DNA from: Owenia fusiformis
Lineage: Eukaryota
NCBI GenBank assembly: GCA_903813345.2
Contig: CAIIXF020000001.1
Span: forward strand, 37,262,001-37,326,000
DNA length: 64,000 nucleotides
Direction: 5' to 3'
In this document: piece by piece, positions 63,827 through 64,000 of the stretch
Position numbering within the stretch: the stretch's first letter is position 1
Layout: every line of letters starts with the position of its first letter
Notes under the pieces: generated by a model
The model's input: only the letters and a program-made list of their open reading frames with translations
Database searches by the model: none
What the model was told of the DNA's origin: nothing
Program-made: the position numbers and the translations under genes

Positions 63827-64000
63827 CTAAAAACACGTTTAAATTAAATTAAAATAAATTCCAGGGTATTTGAGATTCTATTTATGTAGTTGAATCCCCA
63901 ACCCTTTGGGTTTATCGGCAAAATTAGGAAATTTTCGTCTTTATCGAATTTCCGTGATGTTTAATTTATTTTAACTGTCCTCCTCTCGGTCCTGCAGCGT

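Overview
AT-rich animal (probably marine invertebrate) genomic DNA dominated by nested transposable elements; nothing here looks prokaryotic. (1) Bases 1-~24.5 kb are bracketed by a very long, near-identical inverted repeat built partly from Helentron/HINE-type tandem arrays. Inside is a nest of elements whose innermost large member is an apparently intact 5.56-kb Sola1-type DNA transposon (10365-15927, TTAT duplication). Its spliced ~1275-aa ORF fuses an 8-aa tandem-repeat region and an OTU-like cysteine protease domain to a DDD transposase. (2) Two tandem minus-strand paralogous host genes (25956-35699 and 57202->63826) can be spliced by hand into Sushi/CCP-Sushi/CCP-two knottin-like (C-C-CC-C-C) modules-VWA proteins; the left copy has a truncated first Sushi exon. 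(3) The remainder is foldback/MITE elements (hAT-like with 5-, 6- and 8-bp duplications; Transib-, Kolobok-, Academ-, Harbinger- and Tc1/mariner-like), a decayed CR1/L2-group LINE with a 12-bp target duplication, and a Penelope-type RT fragment. All coordinates were read by eye; superfamily assignments of non-coding elements rest on termini and target-site duplication (TSD) patterns only.
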